A stretch of DNA of 64,000 bases, from positions 598,221 through 662,220 of the forward strand of contig CBDFHB010000001.1 in the NCBI GenBank assembly GCA_965247365.1. Direction: 5' to 3'. Positions 19,983 to 29,687 of the stretch are shown piece after piece. Under the pieces are notes generated by a model. That model did not search any database, was not told the origin of the DNA, and was given only the letters and a program-made list of their open reading frames with translations. Every line of letters begins with the position of its first letter. The first letter of the stretch is position 1. The stretch is from Candidatus Marinacidobacterales bacterium (GTDB lineage: Bacteria > Acidobacteriota > Vicinamibacteria > Marinacidobacterales > SMYC01). Both the position numbers and the translations under genes were made by a program.

Positions 19983-20840
19983 GTGCGTTCCTATACTTTT
20001 CGAGCTCGAGACAAGACACTGCTCCTCGGAGAGCGCACCGCGCTCATGGGTGTCGTCAACGTCACGCCGGACTCCTTCCACGCGGACAGCCGTTTCCCTC
20101 ACTCTGAACGGGCAGTCGAAGTGGCGCTCGAGATGGTCGAGAAGGGCGCGACCATTCTCGACCTCGGCGCCGAGTCGACGCGCCCCGGCGCCGCCGCTGT
20201 CCCTGCCGAAGAAGAGCTCTCCCGGCTCCTCCCTGTCCTTTCGAAGTTGCGGCCACGCACCGACGCACTCATCTCCATCGACACGAGGAAGTCCGTCGTC
20301 GCCGAGAGAGCACTCGCGCTCGGCGCGGACGTTGTCAACGACGTCTCGGGCCTCTCGGCTGATGAGAACATGGCCGCGACCATCGCCGCTGCCGGCGCCG
20401 GCGTCGTGGTCATGCACATGCTCGGAACCCCCGAGACCATGCAGACGAGACCGGAGTATGACGACGTCGTGTCGGAAGTACTAGGAACGCTCAGGAGCGG
20501 GTCCCGGCGGGCGATCTCGGCCGGCATCGCTCGGGCCTCGATTCTCGTCGATCCCGGGATCGGGTTCGGCAAGACGGTCGAGCACAACTTGACGCTTCTG
20601 AACCGACTTTCCGAGCTTTCGGAGCTCGACCTTCCCATTCTGGTCGGCACGTCCCGCAAGAGCTTCATCGGAAAGCTCTTGTCTTTGCCCCCGGAGGGTC
20701 GCATCTTCGGAACGGCGGCGAGCGTGGCCTGTGCCGTGCTACGCGGTGCTGACGTCGTTCGGGTGCACGACGTCGGCGAGATGGGGGAAGTCGTGCGGAT
20801 CGCGGACGCGATCCGATGGGTGGGAGGCGGAAGCGAGTGA
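19983..20840 (+). CDS. folP: Dihydropteroate synthase
   Basis: MGVVNVTPDSF, ESTRPG, DPGIGFGK, SRKSF, RVHDV; start approximate. Confidence 0.95.
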   Translation: MRSYTFRARDKTLLLGERTALMGVVNVTPDSFHADSRFPHSERAVEVALEMVEKGATILDLGAESTRPGAAAVPAEEELSRLLPVLSKLRPRTDALISIDTRKSVVAERALALGADVVNDVSGLSADENMAATIAAAGAGVVVMHMLGTPETMQTRPEYDDVVSEVLGTLRSGSRRAISAGIARASILVDPGIGFGKTVEHNLTLLNRLSELSELDLPILVGTSRKSFIGKLLSLPPEGRIFGTAASVACAVLRGADVVRVHDVGEMGEVVRIADAIRWVGGGSE

Positions 20841-21667
20841 GCGAGGTCCTGAGATTCCTCCAGAGGCTCGCACAGGAGCTCTCCTGGATCGATGTCCTCG
20901 ACATCCTCATTGTCAGCTATCTCTTCTACAAGCTCCTTCAGCTCGTTCGTGGCGGAAGAGCGTCTCAAATGGTCGTCGGGACTGTCGTCCTCGTCCTATT
21001 TTTCTTCGCATCGCGCTGGGCGGAGCTGACCACCGTCAACTGGCTCCTCCGGAATACCCTCGCCTACATCGGATTCGCGGTGATCGTGCTCTATCAACAA
21101 GAGCTGCGACGTGGCCTCGCCAACCTCGGACGCGCTCCGATGTTCCGATTTCTGAATCCCTCCACGAGTAAGGGAACCCTCGACGAGATCGCATTCTCTC
21201 TTTCGACTCTGGCCCAACGCCGGATTGGCGCCATCATCGTGCTGGAGCGCGACATCGGATTGCGCAGCTACGTCGAGGGCGGCATTCAGCTCGACGCGGT
21301 CATCACCTACGACTTGCTCCTGTCGGTGTTCAATCCCAAATCCCCCCTTCACGACGGTGCGGTCATCGTACAAGGCGATCGCACCGCGGCCGCGGCCTGT
21401 TTTCTTCCCATCTCCATAAACCCGCTCCTTTCCAGGGAACTGGGAACGCGCCATCGCGCCGCGATTGGAATCACTGAAGACACGGATGCGATCGCGGTCG
21501 TCGTTTCGGAGGAAACAGGACGGATCACTTTCATGGAGGATGGCACCTTCACGCACTGCCTCGACTCCGATGCCCTCCGATCGAGACTCAAGGAGGCCAT
21601 GGGTCAGGCGAAATCGCCGAAGCCTGCGGAGCTCGCGCTGACACGGCGGGGAAGCTCGAGCCGATGA
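20837..21667 (+). CDS. cdaA: Diadenylate cyclase CdaA
   Basis: Three TM helices, SPLHDGA, GTRHRAA, VSEETG. Confidence 0.95.
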   Translation: MSEVLRFLQRLAQELSWIDVLDILIVSYLFYKLLQLVRGGRASQMVVGTVVLVLFFFASRWAELTTVNWLLRNTLAYIGFAVIVLYQQELRRGLANLGRAPMFRFLNPSTSKGTLDEIAFSLSTLAQRRIGAIIVLERDIGLRSYVEGGIQLDAVITYDLLLSVFNPKSPLHDGAVIVQGDRTAAAACFLPISINPLLSRELGTRHRAAIGITEDTDAIAVVVSEETGRITFMEDGTFTHCLDSDALRSRLKEAMGQAKSPKPAELALTRRGSSSR

Positions 21668-22581
21668 AGCGACTCGCGACCGATCAATTGGGGCTCAAGC
21701 TCATCTCGCTGCTGCTCGGGGTCTCTTTTTGGTTTGCAGTAGCGCGCGAGCAGGGTGCGGAGTTCGCCTTCTCGATTCCAATCGAGCTGAGAGAAGTTCC
21801 CGAAGGTCTCGAGGTCGTCGAGGAATCGGTTCAGCACGTCGACGTTCGCGTGCGCGGCTCCGCAGAGATCCTTCGACGCCTGACTCCCCAGGCCTTGACC
21901 GTCGGGATCGACCTGACTGACGTGGAGCCAGGCGAGCACGTCGCCTACTTGTCGCCCGAAGAGGTGAGAGCGCCATTTGGCGTTCGAGTGATGAGGGTCA
22001 CTCCGACGAGCGTAACCCTCGCCTTGGATCGGACTCAACAGCGTATCGTCCAGGTGATCCCGCGAGTACTCGACTCTCCCGCCGCCGGCTTCGAGCTGTT
22101 CAATATCGAGCTCACTCCGAGCCAGATAACGGTCGTCGGCCCGGCGTCCCGTGTAGGAGAGCTCGAACAAGTTACGACGGAGCCCGTTTCCGCGGAAGGA
22201 CTTCGCGAGGCTTATTCACGCACGGTGAGGGTCGAGCTGGATCCTCTCATGCGACTCGAGGGGCTGACGAGCGTCGAATTGACACTGGACGTGCGCGAGG
22301 AGCGGACGAGAAGCGAGCTCTCCGGTGTACCCATGCGTGCCGAGCCTCCGGGTGTACGAGTCCGCCTCGATCCAGACACTATCGCGGTCGTTGCCGAGGG
22401 ACCGAAGAGTCTCATCGAGTCCTTGAGCGTCGAGGATCTGGAGGCTGTCGTCTACCTGGAGGGTCTCGAGGCGGGGCGCCACGACGTCGTCCCGATCGTA
22501 AGAGTGCGAAGACCAGAGGATCTCGCTCTCGTTCGCGTGCTATCCGTTCACCCCGAGGAGATCACTGCCCGGATCGAATGA
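21664..22581 (+). CDS. cdaR: CdaR/YbbR-domain regulator
   Basis: N-terminal TM (KLISLLLGVSFW) plus YbbR-like repeats; lies between cdaA and glmM. Confidence 0.85.
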   Translation: MKRLATDQLGLKLISLLLGVSFWFAVAREQGAEFAFSIPIELREVPEGLEVVEESVQHVDVRVRGSAEILRRLTPQALTVGIDLTDVEPGEHVAYLSPEEVRAPFGVRVMRVTPTSVTLALDRTQQRIVQVIPRVLDSPAAGFELFNIELTPSQITVVGPASRVGELEQVTTEPVSAEGLREAYSRTVRVELDPLMRLEGLTSVELTLDVREERTRSELSGVPMRAEPPGVRVRLDPDTIAVVAEGPKSLIESLSVEDLEAVVYLEGLEAGRHDVVPIVRVRRPEDLALVRVLSVHPEEITARIE

Positions 22582-22585
22582 ACCC

Positions 22586-23926
22586 ATGGAAAAGCTCTTC
22601 GGAACGGACGGGATTCGAGGGCGCGCCTACGAGACTCCTCTCGATCGCTCGACGGTGGCGAAAGTGGGTCGGGCGCTCGCGGAAAATCTGGGGAAGACCA
22701 GGCCACGCATCCTTATCGGTCGCGACACCCGCGAGAGTGGCTCCGACCTGGAAGCCTGGCTCCGCGCTGGCATCGGGGCCGGTGGCGGCGATGTCGGTTC
22801 GGCGGGAATCCTGCCGACGCCAGCGATAGCCTACTTGGTTGCATCGGAGGGATGGGATGCCGGTGTAGTATTGTCTGCGTCGCACAACCCTTATCATGAC
22901 AACGGAATCAAGATTTTCGACGCGCGTGGCGTAAAGACGAGCGAGGAGCTGGAGAATCTCATCGAGCAGGAGGTCCAGTCGACCAAGAAGCCGATTGAGA
23001 CGCCCTCAACCCTCGCCGATCCTGATCCGAGACTAGAAACGTCCTATATGGACCACCTCCTCAGGAGCCTCGGCGAGGTAAGCTCTTCCATACCATCACT
23101 CAAGGTTGCGCTCGATTGCGCCAACGGTGCGGGCTATCGCGTCGGCCCCGCACTCCTGAAACGGCTGGGCCTGTCGGTCGTCACCCATGCCACCGAGCCG
23201 AATGGCAGAAACGTCAACGAGAGTTGCGGCTCGACGCACATCGAAGCGGTGGCTCGAGTCGTCAAAGACAAGGGATGCGACTTCGGCGCGGCGCTCGACG
23301 GGGACGGGGATCGCTTGCTCCTCGTCGACTCGGAGGGCCAGCTCGTCGACGGTGACGGCATTCTGCTCCTCTGCGCTCGTCGCTTCCTGCGGGAAGGCAG
23401 GCTGAAGGGGCCGGAGGTCGTAGCGACCGTGATGAGCAACATGGCCCTCGAGCTCGCCCTCGCCAAGGATGGCATCAAGCTGCGGCGAACGAGTGTCGGC
23501 GACAAGTACGTTGCCCAGGAGATGGCGCGACGTAATATCATTATCGGCGGTGAGCAATCGGGCCATCTTATTTTCTCGGATTTCGCCTCCACGGGTGACG
23601 GGCTCCTGACCTTGATGCAGGTGCTGCGCGTCCTGGCGCTCGAACGGAAGAGTCTCGACGAGCTCGGATATCTGCAGTCGTTTCCTCAAGTGTTGTTGAA
23701 CGTGCGCGTTAGAGAGCGGCCCGACGTAAGAGAAGTTCCCGGGATCGCCGACGTCATCTCGGCGGCGGAGCGGCAGCTCGACGGTCGAGGGCGGGTGCTG
23801 ATCCGATACTCGGGAACGGAGCCCCTGCTTCGAATCATGATGGAGGGGCCAGATCAAGAAGAGATCGAGGCTCTCGCCTCGAACATCGGCGGAGCCGTCG
23901 AGCAAACGATCGGAGAGAAAACTTGA
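22586..23926 (+). CDS. glmM: Phosphoglucosamine mutase
   Basis: LFGTDGIRG, SASHNP, DGDGDR, GGEQSGH, RYSGTEP. Confidence 0.96.
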   Translation: MEKLFGTDGIRGRAYETPLDRSTVAKVGRALAENLGKTRPRILIGRDTRESGSDLEAWLRAGIGAGGGDVGSAGILPTPAIAYLVASEGWDAGVVLSASHNPYHDNGIKIFDARGVKTSEELENLIEQEVQSTKKPIETPSTLADPDPRLETSYMDHLLRSLGEVSSSIPSLKVALDCANGAGYRVGPALLKRLGLSVVTHATEPNGRNVNESCGSTHIEAVARVVKDKGCDFGAALDGDGDRLLLVDSEGQLVDGDGILLLCARRFLREGRLKGPEVVATVMSNMALELALAKDGIKLRRTSVGDKYVAQEMARRNIIIGGEQSGHLIFSDFASTGDGLLTLMQVLRVLALERKSLDELGYLQSFPQVLLNVRVRERPDVREVPGIADVISAAERQLDGRGRVLIRYSGTEPLLRIMMEGPDQEEIEALASNIGGAVEQTIGEKT

Positions 23927-24685
23927 AAGAGCTCGGGTGTCACACTGGATGTCGTTGCACATCTGCGAGAATCCCGCAATTCCAAACGGCCCGATCCGGT
24001 TTTTGCGGCCTATCTCGCCGAGCAAGCGGGGGCAGCCTCCATCAACGTACAGTTGAGAAGCGACCGCCGTCACATCCAAGAGCGCGATGTCACGCTACTA
24101 CGGGAGTCGGTCACGGTGGAGCTCAACCTGCGCGTAGCCCCGAACGAAGAAATGACGCGCTTTGCTCTGACGGCAAAGCCCGACCGGGTGACCTTCGTCC
24201 CCGAACGGATGGAAACGGCCGGCGGAGGTGGCCTGGACGTCATGCTCAATAGCTCGCAGCTCAAGGAAAGGGTGCGTGAGATGACAGAGAGCTCGATCCT
24301 GCCGAGTATCTTCATCGATCCCTCGATCGACCAGGTCAAGGCCGCGCATCAGCTCGGGGCGCTGGGCGTGGAACTCTCGACCGAAGCCTTCACGAGCGTG
24401 AGTGACCAGGTCGGGCTCGCTCTCGACCGAGACGGTCTGGAGCGCGAGCTCCAGCGACTTTCCGATTGCGCGAGACTCGGCGCGAAGCTCGGCCTTCACG
24501 TCGGGACGAGCCACCGGCTCACCCTCCGCGACGGAGAGCTGCTTGCGGCCTTGAGCGGCCTCTCGCGCCTCAACGTCGGACACAGTCTGATTGCGCGGGC
24601 GCTGATGGTCGGATTCGCGCCAGCGGTGAGGGAATGGATCGACATGCTCGCCGCAGCGGGAGCCGTCCCCGGCCTTCCGGCATAG
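23923..24685 (+). pseudogene. pdxJ: Divergent PdxJ (pyridoxine 5'-phosphate synthase) homolog with a +1 frameshift near 23935-23937
   Basis: Deleting one G joins the TTG start (MKELG) to VTLDVVAHLRE...PDPV...DRRHIQERDV...GGLDV...IFIDP...NVGHSLIARA. Could be a sequencing error. Confidence 0.75.
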
Positions 24686-24704
24686 CCCTTATTTGGGCGC
24701 GGAA

Positions 24705-24734
24705 TTGACGCCCGGGGACATTCTTTGCTAACTT
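24705..24734 (+). promoter_or_regulatory. Putative sigma70 promoter for lepB
   Basis: TTGACG-18-TAACTT with a TG extension. Confidence 0.45.
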
Positions 24735-24763
24735 CAATGTTTAGAGGATTTGGATAAATCGTC

Positions 24764-25489
24764 GTGAGCGCTAAAGGGTCCAAGAACAACGCCAAGGGGA
24801 CGCCGCGGAAATCCATCCCCCGCGAGTACTTCGAATCGATCTGCGTTGCCGTCATCCTCGCCCTCTTTATTCGCACGTTCGTCTTCCAGGCTTTCAAGAT
24901 CCCCACGGGATCCATGGAGGAGAACCTCCTCATCGGCGACCACTTGATCGTCAACAAGATGCTCTACGCGCCGACGGGCTCCGCGCTCGAGTCGGCGATG
25001 GTCCCGGTCCGTCAGGTGAAGCGGGGCGACGTCGTCGTCTTCAAGTTTCCTCAGGAACCGGATCGAGATTTCATCAAACGGGTCATCGGGCTTCCAGGCG
25101 AGCGCATCCGGATCGAGAACAAGACCGTCTATATCAACGACGAGCCCCTCGACGAGCCCTACGTGTTTTTTCTCGATCCTCCCGGCACCTCGGAGCCCGG
25201 CTTGTTCACCTCCCGGCGAGATGACATGCCTGAGCTTCCGGTCCCAGAGGATCATTATTTCGTCATGGGAGACAATCGTGACAATAGCCACGACAGCCGA
25301 TTCTGGGGGCCGCTCGATAGCAGGCTGCTCAAAGGCCGCGCTCTCATGATCTACTGGTCCTACGACGCGCCAGATGGGCGCGATGCTTATTTCAAAGAAG
25401 GCCTGGACCGAGTCAAAGAAATCTTGTCTGTCATCCCCTATTTCGTCACCAATACGCGCTGGGATCGTTTCTTTCATTTGGTACGTTGA
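24764..25489 (+). CDS. lepB: Signal peptidase I
   Basis: FKIPTGSME..LLIGD, FIKRVIGLPG, MGDNRDNSHDSRFWG. Confidence 0.96.
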   Translation: MSAKGSKNNAKGTPRKSIPREYFESICVAVILALFIRTFVFQAFKIPTGSMEENLLIGDHLIVNKMLYAPTGSALESAMVPVRQVKRGDVVVFKFPQEPDRDFIKRVIGLPGERIRIENKTVYINDEPLDEPYVFFLDPPGTSEPGLFTSRRDDMPELPVPEDHYFVMGDNRDNSHDSRFWGPLDSRLLKGRALMIYWSYDAPDGRDAYFKEGLDRVKEILSVIPYFVTNTRWDRFFHLVR

Positions 25490-25526
25490 GATGTCCAGCC
25501 ATCGAGTACCGGACAGGAGAACCGCG

Positions 25527-25892
25527 ATGAGAGATCTCAAGAGTGAGCGCGGAGCCGTCAGCTTGGGTTTGATCGTGACGATCGTCGTCGCCCTCTTCCT
25601 CATATACGAGGCGAAGCAGTTCGGGCCCCTCTTGGTCGCCCAGTATCAGTTTCAGGACGCCGTCATAGATACGTGCAAGTTCTCTGTGGACAAACAGGCG
25701 TCTGCTGTATTCGACGAGGTCCTGAGACAGGCCGCGGAGCTGAGCCTGCCAATTTCGCGCGACATGATCAAGGTGACGCGCCAAGCGACGAAGACCCGCA
25801 TCCAGGTCCAGTACGAGCTCTCCGCCGAGTGGGTCCCCGGGAAGCCCTATAGTTGGACCGTCTCAGTGGACGAGCAAAGCAGCGTGTTCTAG
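25527..25892 (+). CDS. DUF4845-like protein with pilin-like N-terminus
   Basis: MRDLKSERG followed by a hydrophobic helix; RBS AGGAG; position after lepB. Confidence 0.6.
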   Translation: MRDLKSERGAVSLGLIVTIVVALFLIYEAKQFGPLLVAQYQFQDAVIDTCKFSVDKQASAVFDEVLRQAAELSLPISRDMIKVTRQATKTRIQVQYELSAEWVPGKPYSWTVSVDEQSSVF

Positions 25893-25898
25893 GGACTT

Positions 25899-25952
25899 CC
25901 CTCACCCGCCCTCGCTCCGCTCGGGCACCCTCTCCCGCAAGCGGGAGAGGGC
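25899..25952. repeat. REP-like palindrome between convergent genes
   Basis: CCCTCACCC...CCCTCTCCCGC-AA-GCGGGAGAGGG with a CTCGCTCCGCTCG interior. Confidence 0.65.
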
Positions 25953-25970
25953 TACAAGGAAAATTGCTTA

Positions 25971-26492
25971 TTAAGGCTGGGCGGGGCGTCCGCCAGCATC
26001 CGCGCGCCGCTTCAAGAACGAGACCTTCTCCTGTTCCGCATCGCTCTCGCTCATTAGCTGAATCAAGTTCCGCAGATTCGCGATCGCGGCGAGAACCGAG
26101 TTCAAGACTTGTCGCTTTTGCATCTTCAGCTCGATGATATCCTTCTCGATGTCGTGCGCGCGGGATTGCGCTGCTTCGACCAGGCGGTCCGCGGCAAGCT
26201 CCGCCTCTTTCAGCAGCAGCTGCGATTGTTTCTTCGCGTTCTCTTTCAGCTCTTCTGAGGTACGTTGAGCCGCCACGAGAGTATTCTTCAGTATCTCTTC
26301 GCGCTGCTGGTGCTCGGACAGGAGGACCTTCAAGCGACGCACTTCCTCTGATAGTTTCTCGTTCTCCGAACGAAGCTGTTCCATCTCTTCCGAAACGGCG
26401 TTCAAGAACGACCGCACCTCGTCGCCATCTATTCCTCGGAACGTTCGCCCTTGGAACTCGTGTCGCTGAATGTCTAGGGGGGTTAACTTCAT
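25971..26492 (-). CDS. divIVA: DivIVA-domain protein
   Basis: MKLTPLDIQRHEF...FRG...EVRSFL followed by a coiled coil. Confidence 0.88.
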   Translation of the reverse strand: MKLTPLDIQRHEFQGRTFRGIDGDEVRSFLNAVSEEMEQLRSENEKLSEEVRRLKVLLSEHQQREEILKNTLVAAQRTSEELKENAKKQSQLLLKEAELAADRLVEAAQSRAHDIEKDIIELKMQKRQVLNSVLAAIANLRNLIQLMSESDAEQEKVSFLKRRADAGGRPAQP

Positions 26493-27202
26493 GTCGTTTC
26501 TCCAATGGGAGTCGTGGCTAGGGAGGGACGGGGTCCGAAAAGGGCCGTCCCCACTCGAATCATGGTGGCGCCTTCCTCGATGGCGACCTCGAAATCATGG
26601 CTCATGCCCATGGAAAGCTCCGCACCGCGAAGCAACCCACGCTGCCTCGCTCGCTCTGAAAGCTCTCGCAACCGCCTGAAATAGGGCCGCACCTCTTCCG
26701 TTTGCTCGAAATACGGCGGGAGGGCCATGAGGCCCTCGACGTTGAGATTTTCGAGCTGGCCCAGCGCGTCGAGCGCCGGGAGAAGATCGGACTCTGGAAG
26801 GCCGTGTTTTGTTTCTTCTCCGGCAAGATCCACCTGTATGAAACCGATGGGACTCTTGCCCGCTTCCTCTGCCATCCGATCCAGGCGTCGCCCGAGCTCG
26901 ACACCATCGACCGAATGGATGTAGTCGAAGAGCTCGACGGCCTTCCTGGCCTTGTTCTTCTGGAGGTGCCCGATGAGGTGCCACCGCGCCGCGCCATCGA
27001 CTCGGGGCAGCTTGGCCTCAGCCTCCTGAACGCGATTCTCGCCCAAGTCGGCAATGCCTGCCTGGACCGCGCGCGTGATCTCATCGGCCGAACGAGTCTT
27101 CGTTACCGCGATCAAACGCACAGACTCAGCGGACCGGCCGGCCCGCATGCAAGCTCCGCGCATACGGTCACGTACCTCGGCGAGACGCGCAGGGATATCC
27201 AT
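26489..27202 (-). CDS. yggS: PLP homeostasis protein YggS
   Basis: LIAVTKT, GENRVQEA, WHLIGHLQKNK, LSMGMSHD, IRVGTALFG. Confidence 0.95.
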   Translation of the reverse strand: MDIPARLAEVRDRMRGACMRAGRSAESVRLIAVTKTRSADEITRAVQAGIADLGENRVQEAEAKLPRVDGAARWHLIGHLQKNKARKAVELFDYIHSVDGVELGRRLDRMAEEAGKSPIGFIQVDLAGEETKHGLPESDLLPALDALGQLENLNVEGLMALPPYFEQTEEVRPYFRRLRELSERARQRGLLRGAELSMGMSHDFEVAIEEGATMIRVGTALFGPRPSLATTPIGETT

Positions 27203-27312
27203 GCCTCTCGTATGTCAGATTTAACGGTCTATTGAGTCAGAAACTCAGTGATAGTGTTCCACTATAAGCGCTCCGACCGCGGCGTTTCAATGGTCTCGGG
27301 AAGGCTCGGTCT

Positions 27313-27693
27313 TCAGGGCTGGCCGTATGCGGCGCTGTAAGTCGGGGCCTCCCAGACCTTCACAAGACGCAGCCGTGTTCCCTTTGGGAGCTTCTTCTCG
27401 AGCTCCTCGTAGAAGAAACGAGCGAGGTTCTCCGTGGTGGGGTTCGTTTGGTCGAACGGAGGTAGCTCGTTCAGATGACGATGGTCGTAGGGCGCGACGA
27501 GCTCGGCCAAGCTCTTCTCGAGCTCGATGAAATCGATGACGACCCCCAACTCATCGAGCTCTTCCACATGAACGAAGGCTTCCACGCGAAAATTGTGGCC
27601 GTGAAGCGGCTCGAGGTCCGCTTTGTATCCGCGGAGCTGATGAGACGCGGCGAACGTGGTCTGTACGGAAACTTCGTAGCGTTCTCGAGTCAC
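27313..27693 (-). CDS. queD: 6-carboxytetrahydropterin synthase
   Basis: FAASHQL, HGHN, DHRHLN, NPTTENLA, VWE. Confidence 0.88.
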   Translation of the reverse strand: MTRERYEVSVQTTFAASHQLRGYKADLEPLHGHNFRVEAFVHVEELDELGVVIDFIELEKSLAELVAPYDHRHLNELPPFDQTNPTTENLARFFYEELEKKLPKGTRLRLVKVWEAPTYSAAYGQP

Positions 27694-29687
27694 GAGGTTT
27701 CTCCCGGATCCCGCTCGACATCGAAGAAACGGACGACCTCGTCGCAGTCGTGGGTGAGCGGATAGGGTGGCAAGCTCGCGAGAAAGCGGCGACCATAGCT
27801 CATATTGACGATTCTACTATCGAGAACGGCGACGACGCCCCGGTCACTCCGCGAGCGGATGAGCCTCCCGAGGCCCTGCTTGAGAGCCAAAATCGCCATC
27901 GGGACCTGATAGCCGTGAAACCCGCTTCCACCAGAGATCTCGACTCGATCGATGCGGGCCGATACGAGTGGATCGTTCGGAACCGCGAAAGGTAGCTTGT
28001 CGACGATGACGCACGAGAGGCCTTCGCCCATGACATCTACGCCTTCCCAGAAGCTCGAGGTCCCGAGCAGCACCGCGCCTTCCGTAGCTCGAAAGCGCTC
28101 CAAAAGCTCCCCTCGCGGAGCCTCGCCCTGCACGAAGAGCGGATAGGGCAGCTCCCCCTCGATCGCTCGCCGCACGGCATGCAGGTTCGCGAAGCTCGTG
28201 AACAGCACGAAGGCGCGACCGCCGCTTGCGGCGAGAAGCGCACGGATCTCCTCGACGGCGCGGTCCAGATAGGCTGGTTCGCGCGGAGCGGGCATCCTCC
28301 TCGGAACGTAGAGCAGAGCCTGCTGGCGGAAATCGAACGGCGACGAAAGTACCTGGCAGTTCTCGGTGGCTACTCCCAGTCGCGAGCTGACGTAGTCAAA
28401 GGAATTCTCCACGGTGAGCGTCGCGGAAGTCATGACGACGGTGCGCTTCTGTGAAAAGAGCATCGACTCTAGCATCGGGGCGACGCGAATCGGCGACGCG
28501 CGAAGGGCACGCGACCTGTCGCGAAGCTCGCACCAGGAGACCGATTCGGGATCGGCGACTGTGAGGATGGTCTCGAGCTCCGTCTCGATCGCGGCCGCGC
28601 GTCTCGCGAGAGCCAGCGTGCTCTCGTCGGGATTCGGAATGGCCGCGAGCTCGGAGCGAACGGCCTGGAGGTGTTTCGTGAAGGCTTGATAGGCGTGTTC
28701 CTGTTCGGGTGTTTGGGCGTTCGGTTTCAACCGATAGCGCTCCTCTTTCGAACGAAACGCCTCGAACAGAAGCTGGCCCGCATGGCGAAGACGCCGAAGC
28801 TCGACGCGTGCCCCCTCGAGATGGCGTCCGGTTGCTCGCGTATCCCAGGCACTCTCCGCATCTCGAACGATCTCTTCGATCCGAGCGCTACTGACAGTGA
28901 GCCCGAAGTAGTTCGTGGCGACGTCCTCGAGTTGATGTGCCTCGTCGAGAATGAGGTGATCGTAGTCGGGGATGACTTCGCCGAACGAACCCTCACGAAC
29001 GATGAGATCGGCGAAGAGCAGGTGGTGGTTGACCACAATGATCTCGCTCTCCGCGGCCGTCTGGCGCAGCTTGGTCACGTAGCAACGATCGAAGTCGGGA
29101 CAATCCTTACCAACGCAATTGTCGCTTCGCGCGGAGATGGTTTGCCAAAAGTCGAGCCGCTCGGGAGCTCCAGGAATCTCCGAGCGATCACCCGTTTTGG
29201 TGGTCTCCGCCCAACGGTTGAGCGTGTCGAAGTGAGTGGCCTCGTCGAAGAATCGAAACGACGGCTGCATGGAGAACTGAGCGTGGCGGGACAGGCAGAG
29301 GTAGTTCCCACGGCCCTTCATGAGGCAGGCAGAGAACGGTATCGAGAGCGCTTTCCGTACGAGCGGAATGTCCTTGTAGAAGAGCTGCTCTTGCAGATTC
29401 TTCGTACCTGTCGAGACCACGACCCGTTGTCCCGACAAGACGGCCGGGATGAGATAGGCAAGGGTCTTGCCGGTCCCCGTTCCAGCTTCGACGAGTAGCT
29501 CCCCGCCCTCTTTGAAGACGTGAGCGACGGCACCCGCCATGTCCCGCTGAGGCTCGCGAAGCTCGAACTCGGGCAGTGCGGCCGTAAGAAGACTATGCGG
29601 ACCCAGAAGGTCCCTCACCCGGTTAATGTCTAGTGAGGCGAGTCCTCTCTCCGAGGACGTCGGAGGCGAGCTTGGTGCCATGTCCAT
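27690..29687 (-). CDS. DinG/YoaA-family Fe-S DNA helicase
   Basis: EAGTGTGKT, KGRGNYLC, CVGKDC..C, DEAH, QGLGRLIRS. Confidence 0.93.
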   Translation of the reverse strand: MDMAPSSPPTSSERGLASLDINRVRDLLGPHSLLTAALPEFELREPQRDMAGAVAHVFKEGGELLVEAGTGTGKTLAYLIPAVLSGQRVVVSTGTKNLQEQLFYKDIPLVRKALSIPFSACLMKGRGNYLCLSRHAQFSMQPSFRFFDEATHFDTLNRWAETTKTGDRSEIPGAPERLDFWQTISARSDNCVGKDCPDFDRCYVTKLRQTAAESEIIVVNHHLLFADLIVREGSFGEVIPDYDHLILDEAHQLEDVATNYFGLTVSSARIEEIVRDAESAWDTRATGRHLEGARVELRRLRHAGQLLFEAFRSKEERYRLKPNAQTPEQEHAYQAFTKHLQAVRSELAAIPNPDESTLALARRAAAIETELETILTVADPESVSWCELRDRSRALRASPIRVAPMLESMLFSQKRTVVMTSATLTVENSFDYVSSRLGVATENCQVLSSPFDFRQQALLYVPRRMPAPREPAYLDRAVEEIRALLAASGGRAFVLFTSFANLHAVRRAIEGELPYPLFVQGEAPRGELLERFRATEGAVLLGTSSFWEGVDVMGEGLSCVIVDKLPFAVPNDPLVSARIDRVEISGGSGFHGYQVPMAILALKQGLGRLIRSRSDRGVVAVLDSRIVNMSYGRRFLASLPPYPLTHDCDEVVRFFDVERDPGETS

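Noticed and set aside
20837-27202. c-di-AMP operon and divIVA in a diderm as evidence of transfer from Firmicutes
   Set aside because: Both occur natively in several diderm phyla, and composition matches the flanks.
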